64,000 nt of DNA from Octopus vulgaris. Its lineage: Eukaryota. Shown here one piece after another: positions 39,336 through 52,209 of the stretch (the stretch's first letter is position 1; every line of letters starts with the position of its first letter). The notes beneath the pieces are model-generated. The model did not search any database. It was not told the DNA's origin and saw only the letters and a list, made by a program, of their open reading frames with translations. The stretch lies in the NCBI GenBank assembly GCA_951406725.2, contig OX597819.1, positions 112,530,001-112,594,000 on the forward strand, in the 5' to 3' direction. Position numbers and translations under genes: made by a program.

Positions 39336-39428
39336 ATAAGCATGTATACATGCATTATGTATGTATGTGTATATGTATGCATGTTTGTAAAATAATGTAA
39401 TATCAATTTTTATTTATTTATCTTACAG

Positions 39429-39477
39429 TTTATTATGTCCATTGACAGAAGAAAGCTGAATGAGTTAATACTATCAG
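39429..39477 (+). CDS. KMO: KMO coding exon 4 (FIMSIDRRKLNELILS)
   Basis: tcttacAG/GTAGAT; 49 nt, phase 0 to 1; matches the KMO S.dR..LN segment. Confidence 0.92.
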
Positions 39478-40823
39478 GTAGATAAAAAGGAATTTCTTTG
39501 TTTTTACAGTAATTTGGTTTTAATTATTTTACATATTCTGAAATCTCTACCCATCATGTACACATTGCTTAGTTGATTTACTCTACAACATATGTCATAG
39601 CACCTATTTTCCCCCCTTTTTTTTATGGGAAGTTGTAATCAGTGAAGCCAATCTATGCACATAAATTTTATCCATCAGTAAACGACAAAAGACTAAACTG
39701 GACTGCAACCAGGTTTTCATTTATTTGTTCTTTCTTGTCACAGAGTCACATATTTTGGGAGGAAGGTTTTAGGATTAAATGCTTTGTTGTGTTGGCACAT
39801 GGCTCAGTGGTTAGGGCATCAGGCTCACAACCATGAGGTAGTGAGTTCAATTCCTGGGCCAGGCCTTGTGTTGTGTTTTTGAACATGACACTTTGTTTCA
39901 CTTTGCTCCAGTTCACACAGCTGTAGAAATTAGTTGTTGTTGTTGTTGTTGTTAAGCAACAAGACAGGTAAGGGTGAGTAGGTGATGGTCTAGGGCTTAG
40001 GGGCAGGGGACCCCAGACCTTGGGGAAAAAAAAACTTTGGGCATCTTGTTGTAGTCGAGGGCTTTTCGTTGACACCCGACACCACTGGGAGGTGGCCCTT
40101 GAAGTGGCTGGAAATGGAGATCTCCGGGTCCAAATTCTTGAACAGCAGAAATGAGTTGTGTCATCATTGGTGTCAAGCTGTATCAGCCCCTTTGCCTTTC
40201 CTTGGACAACATCAGTGGCAAGGAGAGAGGAGGCTGGTATGCATGGGCGACTGATGGTCTTCCATAAAACAACCTTGCCCAGACTTGTACCTCAGAGGGT
40301 AACTTACTAGGTGCAATCTGATGGTCATTCATGATCAGAGAGGGTCTTTACCATTCATCCTGTGTTGAGCTATGAGTCCCTTTTGTTTTTGAGTTCAAAT
40401 CCAAATGTATTTCTTACTTGATATATGAACTTCTTGTATTGTTACATAGTTTTTCTGTGAGCATCAGTTAATAAGTCTTCTGAGACAGATTAGTCATTTC
40501 ATACATGTTCTTTGCTACATGTTTCTGTTATTTATTATGTTATTTGTTGCATGTCTGAGATGCTGTATGACTGAATACTTAACATACATATCTCAATCAC
40601 AAAGACCTGGGTGTGATCTCACTGTGTGGCATCTTGGGCAAATGTAATTTTCTGTAACATCAAGTTACAGAAAAGATTGTAAGTAAAACCAAACTCAAAG
40701 GAAATAGTGGAGAAGCCCCATGAGATGGATTATACCAGGAATTCAAAGTCTCAGCTGTGCCTGATGCACTGTATCACATTGACACTGCTTGAAAATTGCA
40801 TAAAGGCTTTTTATATCCTACTA

Positions 40824-41213
40824 CGAGCAATATCACCCGGTGTTGCTCGGGTTTGTAAGGGAAATAACTATATAAGCATTTTTAGAGATGTAAAGTATAA
40901 TAGCCATCTCAATATGGCTAACCACAAAGGGGGGGGTACTGTAGCTTTTTACGTTCTGAGATTTAATAATAAATTTTTAGAGAGTTACTTCCCTTATATA
41001 TGCCAAAAATGCATTAAAATGGGAAAAATTGATGGTAAATTTTTTTTTAAATCGTAGACTCATCGTAGACGTGTGCTAATACCCAGAAGGGCTCGATATG
41101 AATCACGACTATAAGATACCTGGTTTTGGTTAAACTGCACCGCAAAATGTGGGAGTAGTTAGGAATCTAAATCGTAGGAGACAGACACACAACCTCTCTT
41201 TTATATATAAAGA
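40824..41213 (-). mobile_element. Non-autonomous Helitron, copy 3
   Basis: Near-identical to 37691-38088; 3' CTAG mutated to CTCG. Confidence 0.88.
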
Positions 41214-44045
41214 TTACTGGATAAATAATTCAATGAAGCAGTGATGGAAAGAAAGTTTTCTCTCAATGCAATACAATTACTGTTACATACCACTCAATGC
41301 TCTCAATCAACGCCTCACAGTGAACTGCTAGCTAATCAATTGGTCACCATTCTTTATTTTATAGCAATCTATCAATCCACTTTTATTCACATAGGGATGG
41401 TCGGAATCCTTCCACAACAAGGCTACTATATCCATAGAATATTCAGCTGTTTATTGAATAACTGATTTTTCATAGGTGCAAATTCCAACCAAGATCCATT
41501 TTATCATTTTTGGTGTTTCAAAGACAGCCAGCCGGCAGAATCATTACCATGTTGGACAAAATGCTTAGTGGCATTTCTTTTGCTTTTATATTGAGTTAAA
41601 ATTCCACCATGGTTGACTTTGTCTTTGATTCTTTCAGGGTCAATAAAACAAGAACCAGTTCAGCAGACGGCTTCATTGACTAATCCCCACTTCCTTCAAA
41701 ATTTCTGGCCTTGTGCCAAAACTTAAAATCATTAATTTTGATGTTTCATGACTGCTGTGCATCATATGCTCAATGTACTGTCCATATGTGTATGTCTATT
41801 ACTACATGTGACTATAAAGTACCACATGTGAATTTTACTTGTTGCATTTGTCTTTTGTGTTGCATATGTCCATTGCTTCTCACATGTAGTTGCTACATAT
41901 CGAGGTATGTCTGATTTGTCATGCATATCTGTTGAGGTATCAAACAATTCAGTAATCTTTCAGTTACCAAATAAAGTATGTTTTTTGCCCAGAAACTCTT
42001 TTTTACAACAAAAATAATCTTGGAAACAAGGTCAGGTTGCACAATTTTGAAGTCTTTAGCTAAGGGAAGCAACTCTGTCTGAACAATATGTCTTAGATAG
42101 AGCATAACGAGAAAATGTTTAAAATACATGGAGTTTCGCCAGGGAATGAAACTTTGAAGCTATACCATCAACTTTATTATTATTATTTAATAGATAATCT
42201 TTTAATGTGAAGTATGTTTATCTGTGTTTTGTTTAGCCAAGAGTTGCCTCTGATGTAACAGACCCATTGCTTACATTCTTTTTCTTCCTGAAATACTGTA
42301 AATCTGTGTCTTTTGATATAAGGGTGTGTTTTAAGAGAGATTTGGCTGCTATTTGTAGCAGCTCAAGTTACCACAGAGACACCTGTGTGAGTGTATGTGT
42401 GTGTTTTGTTGTGGTGAAAAAATACTATTACTCAGAACATTTTGCACAATAATTTTAAAGAAATCTGGACATCTTTCTTACTACTAACCATTCAACTTCA
42501 AATTACAATTGTTAATTGCTGGAAGCCAAGTAGACTGAGATGTACATATAGCGTAATCGTTTAGAAGTTCAATACAATGTTTTGAACTCATTATCTTGTG
42601 GTTAGTAATCCATTACCTTAAATTTGAAGCCATTAAGTCATTAAACATTATTTTACTGGGTTTAGTCTTTTGACTGTCGGCATGATGGGGTATCACCTTC
42701 AAAAATTTAATTGATTCTACTGACCTCAGTATGTAATTCAATCTGGCATTTATTTTATAGATCTCTGCTTGATGAACTTTGAGACACAGTGGGACACAAT
42801 ACTTGATTTAATGACAAATGTAAACACACATCCACACACACATATTAAGTGCAAGAACGACTGTGTGGTTGAGAAGTTTGCTTCCCAACCACATGGTTAC
42901 ATGTTCAGTCCCTCTGCATAGTACCTTGGGCAAGTATTTTCTACTAATTCCCTAGGCCAGCCACAGACTTGTGACTGAATTTGGTAGACGGAAACTGCAG
43001 CATTGTTCATCAGAAAATGACCAAATAGCATGTTTATAAAGAAGAGTTGTTTACTTCACACTCCTCGTGTGCCAATTCTGCCTATAAGAAAAGAACATAT
43101 AATACAAAATGGCTGTAGGTCATAACACCCGGGCAATGCCAGGGTGCATTACTAGGCTATATGGTAAGTAGCTTGCTAACGAATCACATGGTTCTGGGTT
43201 CAGTTCCACTGCATGGCACCTAGGGCAAGTATCTTCTACTATAGGCTCAAGCCGACCAAAGCCTTGTGAGTAGATTTGGTAGACGGAAACTGAAAGAAGC
43301 CTGTCATATATGTGTGTGTGTGTGTGTGCATGTGTATTTGTGTGTCTGTGTTTGTCTCTCCAACATCGCTTGACAACCAATGCTGGTGTGTTTACGTCCC
43401 TGTAACTAAGCGGTTCGGCTAAAAGACCAATAGAATAAGTACTAGGCTTACAAAGAATAAGTTCTGGGGTTGATTTGTTTGACTAAAGGTGGTGCTCCAG
43501 CATGGCTGCAGTCAATTGACTGAAGCAAATAAAAGAATATATATATGTATATATGTATGTGAGGGCTTGTATGTACCCTTGACATGACATCATTGCTGTA
43601 AACAAGCATCAGTGCTTGGCCATGGGGAAATATTACCTTGTTTGGAAACAGGCGAGGGTTAGTAACAGGAAAGGCATCTGGTCATAGAAAATCTTACTGT
43701 ACTTTTGAATATCACATGTTAGTTGTAGTCACTGCATGTCACATATGCCTGTTTAAAGTTACATGTGACTACTGCTTGGTGCAAATGTTAGTCCTTGCAT
43801 GTTACAACAAAGTGGTATCATTCGAAGGCAAAGAACATTGTGACCAGTGGTAGTCTGGTCAGTCATGTGATCATATAACATATAACCACTGTATGTTATG
43901 CATACCATGTGCATGTTACATGTAACAGCTGAATGTCATATATGCCTCTCATGTGGGAGATTTAAATTGTTGCGTGTCACATATAGTTATTGTTTGTTAC
44001 ATGTGACTGTTATATGTTACACACATGTCTGTTTCAAATTTTCAG

Positions 44046-44136
44046 TGTCTGAGTCACATCCCAATGTTGAATTACATTTCGAACATAAACTGAAGCAATG
44101 TTCTTTCAATGGTAAACCTAAGGCAATTTTTGAAAC
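44046..44136 (+). CDS. KMO: KMO coding exon 5 (VSESHPNVELHFEHKLKQCSFNGKPKAIFET)
   Basis: ttttcAG/GTGAGT; 91 nt, phase 1 to 2; PNV..HF.H.L motif. Confidence 0.93.
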
Positions 44137-44578
44137 GTGAGTATTTTACATTGATGAATGTCAATAACAATCACATTATACCATAATCATCATCATTATC
44201 ATCATCATCACCACCACCACCACCACCACTTCCATTATCACCACTACTATAACCACAACCTCCCACCATCATCATCATTAACACCACCACCACCACCACC
44301 ACCACCACCACTAATACTATTACCACCACCATCATCGTCCACCATTGCCATCAATAACACCACCACCACTACCACCATCATCATTACCATCATCATTCTC
44401 AGCAACAACAATACTAGCAGCATCTGCCATCCTCTTGTTCCTTTTCTTTCTCCCCATTTTCATCATTAATATAATCGCAAAAGCACTTCCAAAGCCACCA
44501 CAACTACCACCACCAACACCAATACAAAAGAGTTATCATCTCTCCACCTCTAATATCCTAAACTTTCTATATTGTCAG

Positions 44579-44747
44579 ACCTTCAAAAGAAACTGTAGAG
44601 CAAGACTTTGATGTAGTGTTTGGCAATGATGGAGCTTATTCTGCTGTCCGGAACCAAATTATGAAAACAACGAAGTTTGATTTCCAGCAGAAGTTCATTC
44701 CACACGGCTACATGGAATTAAGTATTCCACCTAACGAGGCGGGACAA
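44579..44747 (+). CDS. KMO: KMO coding exon 6 (PSKETVEQDFDVVFGNDGAYSAVR...FIPHGYMELSIPPNEAGQ)
   Basis: DG motif DGAYSAVR and HGYMEL; attgtcAG/GTGAGT; 169 nt, phase 2 to 0. Confidence 0.96.
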
Positions 44748-45385
44748 GTGAGTACCATGGTGTTCATACGCATACACAAACATTGTACATTTGTGTATGC
44801 ATATCAGTGTGTGAGCATGTTGATGTATGCCTCCATGTACATACATACACACATGTAGGGTGCATGACCTAGTGGTTAGGGTGTTACTTGAGATCAGCGA
44901 GCTGGCAGAAACGTTAGCACACCGGGCGAAATGCTTAGCGGTATTTCGGCTGCGTTACGTTGTGAGTTCAAATTCCGCCGAGGTCGACTTTGCCTTTCAT
45001 CCTTTTGGGGTCGATAAATTAAGTACCAGTTACAAACTGGGGTCGATGTAATCGACTTAATACCTATGTCTGTCCTTGTTCGTTCCCTCTGTGTTTAGCC
45101 CCTTGTGGGTAATAAAGAAATAGATTAGGGTGTTACTTGAGATCATGGTTTCAATTCCTGGACTGGGTGGTGCACTGTGATTCTTGAGCAAAACACTTCA
45201 TCTCATGTTGCTCTCCAATCACTTTAACACCTGATGTGCACCTGTTCTAACGATGTCAATTTGATAGAGGAAGTGAGCTAATATAGAGTATATATATTTG
45301 ATCACTGTAAACAGATCGTTTATGCAGGTTGTTCAACATTAAATTTCAGAATTGTCTTCCTTGGACTATGAGAAACTACCATTCA

Positions 45386-45429
<44 letters not shown>

Positions 45430-45434
<5 letters not shown>

Positions 45435-45610
45435 AGAGTTTATGAAAAAAAACAAAAGACGAAGACAAGTGGTGTACAAAACAAACAGATGTATTAGTAT
45501 AATGCTCAGGAATAGAAAAAGTCTTTTACATTTCGAGCCTACGCTCTTCTACAGAGAAGGACACAGAAAAAACAAGGAGAGAAACAAGGAGAGAAAAAGA
45601 AGAGAAAAAT
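45430..45610 (-). mobile_element. Solo copy of the CTGTAGA hammerhead-like repeat, inside (TA)n
   Basis: Minus strand CTGTAGA A GAGC GTAG GCTC GAAA TG TA AAAGAC at 45521-45561; (TA)n on both sides. Confidence 0.7.
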
Positions 45611-45849
45611 AATATATATATATATATATATATTATTTTATTCTTTTACTTGTTTCAGTCATTTGACTGCGGCCATGCTGGAGCAGTACCTTTTAGTTGA
45701 GCAAATCAACCCCAGGGCTTATTCTTTGTAAGCCTAGTACTTATTCTATCGGACTCTTTTGCCGAACCGCTAAGTTACGGGGACGTAAACACACCAGCAT
45801 CAGTTGTTAAGCAATGTTGGGGTGACAAACACATACACACATTTACATG

Positions 45850-45880
<31 letters not shown>

Positions 45881-46378
45881 TTACTGGATCAGCCCCTGGC
45901 TTCCCAGACCCCGGTCGAACCGTCCAACCCGTGCTAGCGCGGAAAACGGACGTTAAACGATGATGATGATGATGACATATATATGACAGGCTTCTTTCAG
46001 TTTCCATCTACCAAATCCACTAACAAGGCTTTGGTCGGCCCGAGGGTAGAAGACACTTGGCCAAGGTGCCATGCAGTGGGACTGAACCGTGTGGTTGGTA
46101 AGCAAGCTACTTACCACACAGCCAACCCTGCTGGTATACATATGGCCTTCCAGCAGAGAAATCGTCTCCAGTTAGGGTTTGACTACTGTTTACAGCAGCT
46201 TCACATAACTATCTGAACTGAGGCCTAAGGTCCTATCAAAGAACTGGAGATGAATTCTAGTGTGTGGATGCCTATTGTGTTTCTTCCTTGTGGCCACAGC
46301 ATTGTAATTTCCATTGCAGCTGTCCATGTCATATTTTACAACCTGTACAGTGTTCATAGAGCATTGAGCAGCAGTTGT

Positions 46379-46580
46379 AGGAGGCGCAATGGCCCAATGG
46401 TTAGGGCAGTGAACTCACGGTCGGAGGATTGCGGTTTCGATTCCCAGACTGGGCGTTGTGTGTGTTTATTGAACGAAAACACCGAAAGCTCCACGAGGCT
46501 CTGGGAGGGGGTGGTGGCAACCCCTGTTGTACTCTTTCGCCCCAACTTTCTCTCACTCTTTCTTCCTGTTTCTTGACTCC
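46379..46580 (+). mobile_element. Third tRNA-derived SINE family
   Basis: A-box TGGCCCAATGG and B-box-like GGTTTCGATTCCC; other copies at about 26915-27192 (-), 32190-32490 (-), 63000-63300 (+). Confidence 0.75.
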
Positions 46581-47309
46581 GACTTCCTATGCAACTGCTG
46601 AGACTGGATGCGCATCCAGCCATCTGTCGATGCTCTCGGTATCGGGGGTTGACCTGCTTTCTCTTCTGCGGGTCTTACGAATAGCAAAGGACCACGTTTT
46701 GGACTTCTCCCATCTTGCATGTTCTGGGACGAAGACCGTTCACTCAACAGCAACAGAAGCAGTTGTAATGTTGATATTTTGATACCCAGTGCAAATTATC
46801 ATGATACAAGTAACCCTTTCCCAATATTCAGATGGCTGAATATTTTTTATGCTTTCCAAAACCACTGACTGTTTACCAATACAACAAATTGTTCCTGAGA
46901 AAAGGAGACGTAAAAAATTTATCAAGTTTAGCCCAAACACTCTGTACATTGTCGAAAGCCTGATAATTTGCAATATAATTCTTCATAAAGCTTCTCTTAT
47001 AGACATAGTGTTAAAAAAACACACACACACACAGAAAATTATCAGCAGAAGGCAAAAATTGTCCAGCAGCAACAGTGGCATTGGTCAATCTAGTTTCTTT
47101 TTTTTGAACTTCATCAGTAGCAAGTAATAATTTATTTTCCATTTTAATTTAGCATGACTAGGTTTTCTCTTTAAGCTATTGAAACCTGTAGCATATTTTG
47201 ATAGAAATGTAAATACTTCATTTCTTTAATTCATGATAAAGTTTGCAAAGCATTTTCTTCATTTTAATTTTTAATATATATGTATATATATTTTTAATAA
47301 CCTCCATAG

Positions 47310-47504
<195 letters not shown>

Positions 47505-47635
47505 TGAGTGACAAACATTCAGACACACATGCACAATTATAAACACCTATATTTATGCAGGATAGTATCATGCTTTTATATCACTATACACACACATTTA
47601 CAAATATTTATATGTATGTGTATGTGTTTGTGTTG

Positions 47636-47667
<32 letters not shown>

Positions 47668-47779
47668 GCATTAATTTATTTCTGCCAATAAATTTGTGCG
47701 CACGCATGCAAGCATATTGACATAAATAAATCTGTACATATGTAGAGATATTTACATACATAATTTATGTTTTATTTCA

Positions 47780-48050
47780 GAGATGTACTTGCATGGCAAG
47801 TGATCTGATCTGAGATCGTGTGCTGGAACGAAAACAATTGCAGCGTGGAAGGTTTTTATAAGCCATTTAAGAAACACAAAATCCGTCAGATTCACTTCAA
47901 CATTTAAATTTAATTTGCCAAAATATTTTCGTCTCTTTGAGACCACGACTTGTTCACTGACAAATTTCCGTGCAAAATGTTAAAGTGAATCTAATGGATT
48001 TTGCGTGTTTCTCAAATGGCTTATAAACACCTTCCATGCCGCAATTGTTT
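47780..48050 (-). mobile_element. Penelope-like inverted-repeat element with a G3-C8 hammerhead motif (47914-47964)
   Basis: Arms 47832-47905 / 47975-48050; minus strand TTTGTCA GTGAACA AGTC..GAC GAAA ATAT TT TGGCAAA. Confidence 0.7.
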
Positions 48051-49046
48051 ATTTATGTTGTAAATATACAGAAAATATACGTAGACATTTTACTGTTATC
48101 GTATCATTGGAATAATTTATGTCGACAATTTTAATGTCTGCAAACATGTATGTGGTCATCACATAAAGAAATATCAGTCAAATATACATATATTTATTGG
48201 CAGGAATTCTGTCGCGACTATGTCCAGGTAGACATTAATTGCTATCAAATGAAAGAGAAAGAGTGAGCAAAACACAAACTGGCACGTGGCTACTGTTGGG
48301 TTATGGTCAGAAGCAGAGAGAGGCTTGCTTGGGTCGGGCGAATGACTCCAAGCAAAAAAGAGAGAATTGTATCTGTGCCTGTAAAATTGTATAACCCACT
48401 AACCACTGATCTCCGATTGGTCTAAGCAATACACTCGATACAACGAAGTTAGCTATTGAAATGAGGAAAATAATGTCTTTACATGTGCAAAGAATTTAGG
48501 ATAACATGCAACGGTCCTGCTTTGAGGTAAATGAGTGTGATTTAAGGGATATTTGGCCATTATTTCCAACTGATTGAGCAAACATGCTGTTGCTCCCTGC
48601 CCAGTGATTTTGGGAGTTCAGCATCTGCTCGTCTTTGAACAGTCAGCCGGGTCATTCTACGTGACTTATATCAGCCTCCAGTCAAATATATTGACTCCTC
48701 TGTGTGTGTGTATGTGTGTGTGTGTACGTGTATGTATGTATGTATAGATTTTCTGTAGGTAAAATCTGGCAATATGTGGGTTCTGTAGGGTGGTGAGCTT
48801 GTAGAATCGTTAGCATTTCGGACGAAGTGCTTAGCGATATTTCGTCTGCCGTTACGTTCTGAGTTCAAATTCTGTCGAGGTCAACTTTGCCTTTTATCCT
48901 TTCGGGGTCGATTAAATAAGTACTAGTTACGCACTGGGGTCGATGTTATCGACTTAATCCCTTCGTCTGTCCTTGTTTTTCCCCTTGTGGGCAACAAATA
49001 AATAAATATGTGAGTTCTGTTCGTGTTTACTTGATATATATATATA

Positions 49047-51081
49047 TGTAAGGAATATGTGAATATCTCCTCTTGCACTTTTGGGGTGCAAGTTGGTGCA
49101 ATCACTTTCCGTTGCTTTTATATCCAGACTCTACCAGTCAAAGAAACACAAAACGCAGACGTAAAAAATAGATATACTTTATTGTTTTATACCGGTGAGA
49201 AATCAGTGGTATATCTGATGTCCTTGGTTCTGGGCGCGCAAGGCTGAAAGTTAATCGATTGTAATATTTACAATGTTCAGCCGCTAAAAATAGAACGGGT
49301 CAAAATGGCGTCCGGAGGAAGAAGATGATGTCTGCAACAATTCAGGTTAAAAGTCTTCGGCCAAAAGACTGCTGCTATCAAAACCGGAGAGAAAACGAAT
49401 TAAACGTCTGCTTCTATGAAAAGCCTGCCGCTGTCTCGTCAGACGCTAATGGTCAACGCTTTACGCTCCCTTGCCTCTTTGTTAAGGCTCACGCTCCCTT
49501 GCCTCTTTGTTAAGGCTTGCGCTCCCTTGCTAAGGCCACGTCAGCAAGGCCACGTCAGCTAAGGCCACGTCAGCAAAATTCCCTCTTTCGGACTTCGTGT
49601 ATTCGCGAGAGGGCGTTGCGCGCGCTGTTGTATAGGATCACTACAAAGCTCCCCTCCAGTGCCTAAGCACGAACAACAATTCCTTGTAGTGACCATAAAA
49701 CTCAAGGTGGACACCAGATAACCAAAAATAGCACACAATATAATACATTAAACAGCAAAAAAAAATTCACCTTAAAGGTAAAAAGAGAAAAATACTCAAA
49801 ATGAGCAAAGTTCAATGAGTATTGAACTGTCACTGGGAAGTCAATTGAAAATGTCAAATATAAATAGTTTTGGAAAGTTTTTTCGGCCAGTGAACAGTTC
49901 TGCCTGACCTCGTAACATAAGGTCTGTTCGAGGCAGGCTGCGACGACGAAGGTGGTGTTGTCGATGTTGGTGTTGATAATGGTGCATGTGTAAATAGTGG
50001 TGTTGTCAAAGGTGCATGTGAAGGTTCAACGATGGTTGTGGCAGTGGGGTCATTAAAAGATATGGACACCTCAAAATATGCCCTTTTAAGACGATCTACG
50101 GAGACGGTCTCCGAACGACCGTTAATTTCAAGTTTGAATACCTTCGGCGTGCGAGAAATCACACGAAAAGGTCCTTTATAAGGAGAAACAAGAGGTCCTT
50201 TGACAGAATCATCACGAATAAAAACATGCGTCCAAGAATTAAGGTCTGATGGCACACTAGAAGGAGGATTTTGGTGTCGAGGGTCCATAGGAGGAAGGGC
50301 AGAAAAATATCTGCGTAATCGAGCAACATAAGACTCTAAATTAAGAGACTGTGACTTGTCTGGCACCAACATCGTACCAGGCAATGCCAGTGTGGTACCA
50401 TACAAGAGCTCGGCAGACGAAAAACCAAGGTCTGCTTTAATCGCAGTCCGACATCCAAGCAAGACGATCGGTAGAAATTCAGTCCATGACTGTGGATTCG
50501 GCGAGGCACGCAAAGCGGCCTTAAGTTGCCTATGGAAACGCTCCACCATCCCATTAGAAGCAGGGTGGTAACTTGTGGTGCGTATATGATGCATCCCCAG
50601 GATTCGTGATAACTCACGAAACAATGCAGACTCGAATTGTCGACCACGATCTGTGGTTAAACTGTACGGTACACCATACCTCGAAATCCAATTAGATACG
50701 AAAGCCCTCGCAACAGTTTCAGCTGAAATGTCTGCTATAGGAATAGCTTCCGGCCAGCGTGAAAAACGATCAATTCAGGTTAAAAGTCTTCGGCCAAAAG
50801 ACTGCTGCTATCAAAACCGGAAAGAAAACGAATTAAACGTCTGCTTCTATGAAAAGCCTGCCGCTGTCTCGTCGGACGCTAATGGTCAACGCTTTACGCT
50901 CCCTTGCCTCTTTGTCAAGGCTCACGCTCCCTTGCCTCTTTGTTAAGGCTTGCGCTCCCTTGCTAAGGCCACGTCAGCAAGGCCACGTCAGCTAAGGCCA
51001 CGTCAGCAAAATTCCCTCTTTCGGACTTCGTGTATTCGCGAGAGGGCGTTGCGCGCGCGCGCTGTTGTATAGGATCACTAC

Positions 51082-51082
<1 letters not shown>
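49047..51082 (-). mobile_element. Internally deleted Ty3/Gypsy LTR retrotransposon
   Basis: 3' LTR 49047-49645 (TGTAG...TTACA on -), PPT ACTGGAGGGGAGCTT adjacent; partial 5' LTR 50771-51082; inserted in (TA)n. Confidence 0.93.
49854..50774 (-). pseudogene. Gypsy integrase C-terminal part (rve core and GPY/F), N-terminus deleted
   Basis: [12 protein letters not shown]...[10 protein letters not shown]...[17 protein letters not shown]...SPYKGPFRV; open for 307 codons including the stop; HHCC finger and first catalytic Asp missing. Confidence 0.92.
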
Positions 51083-51120
<38 letters not shown>

Positions 51121-51639
51121 CCATGTATTTGAGTAAACATTGATTGACGTAGCAATTCATGATGGGGTTGGCCGGAGTTTTTGATATGATATATTTTGTT
51201 AATCTGTCGTATTATTGACAGGCACATATGTTCGACGAATTGACATGTCTAGCTGCTCTCTCCTTAACAATTAATCTACAACGTTCTCACCTCTTCACCA
51301 GCTTTTATCTACCATTCTTTTTCTCTCGATAATGTCTATATCTTAACTATTCATCAATGAATTATTATGTATCATATTGGCACGAGCAAGGAAGTGTTGA
51401 AAATGTTTATTTTTGTATATACGTAGCAATGACGGTTTCTATGGAACGCTTGCGTTAAGAAAAACTAACACTTCTGAGTTTGTCGTAGGTTAGCTTACAC
51501 GCTGTTAAATAACTTCCTTTTGAAATTCTCCCTGAGGATATATCCAATTCACTGGTTTCGAATATGGAATTTTATTTCTGTAAATGAAGAATCGTGTGTG
51601 GAAACAGCTGTAGGTAGGAATTTTGATGTATGAATTTGA

Positions 51640-52007
51640 CTGTCTTTAAATAAAATCTCCACCTGTCTAACTCCCGTGGACATGTTTACAAAGTCAGAAA
51701 ACAGCACAGCTCCCATGACTTTCAGAAACATTTGTTCACGCTAAGAGTTGCCGAAGCATGGAACAAACTGCCGGCATCAGTTGTTAGTTGTCGGAGTACT
51801 GCATCCTTCAAAACTTCCATGCTTCCTGAGATTCGCCAACACTACACCTGATTTTCTCCCCTCCATACACACGCAAGCATGTATCTGACTCATACACTGT
51901 TCGCTTTCCAGACATTTGTACATTACTGCATATACTCTATACACACTTTTGACAAGTTGTGGTGCACCTGAGCACTGTATACAATAATTTCATTATTATT
52001 ATTATTA
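51640..52007 (+). mobile_element. CR1/L2-type LINE 3' end
   Basis: FTLRVAEAWNKLPASVVSCRSTASFKTSM followed by a short 3' UTR and (ATT)n tail. Confidence 0.75.
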
Positions 52008-52209
52008 AAAACATCTGTACATAAATCTTTATCCATTTTCTTCATTTTATTTAAAAAGGTTTATTTAAATACTTCTACGTTTCGGTGATAAACTAATATA
52101 CTTGCTTTTCTCTGAACGCTGGTATAAACCGGTGAACTAGGATGTTCGCATCTCTTAAGAGACTTTAGTACCTTCACTAATTAAAATGAAATATCTATGT
52201 ATGTATTAT

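Noticed and set aside
46379-46452. tRNA gene
   Set aside because: A/B boxes present, but the acceptor stem does not close and it continues into a repeated SINE body
50653-50946. 97-aa plus-strand ORF duplicated at 49325-49513
   Set aside because: Antisense reading of the LTR and integrase; the duplication is explained by the two LTRs
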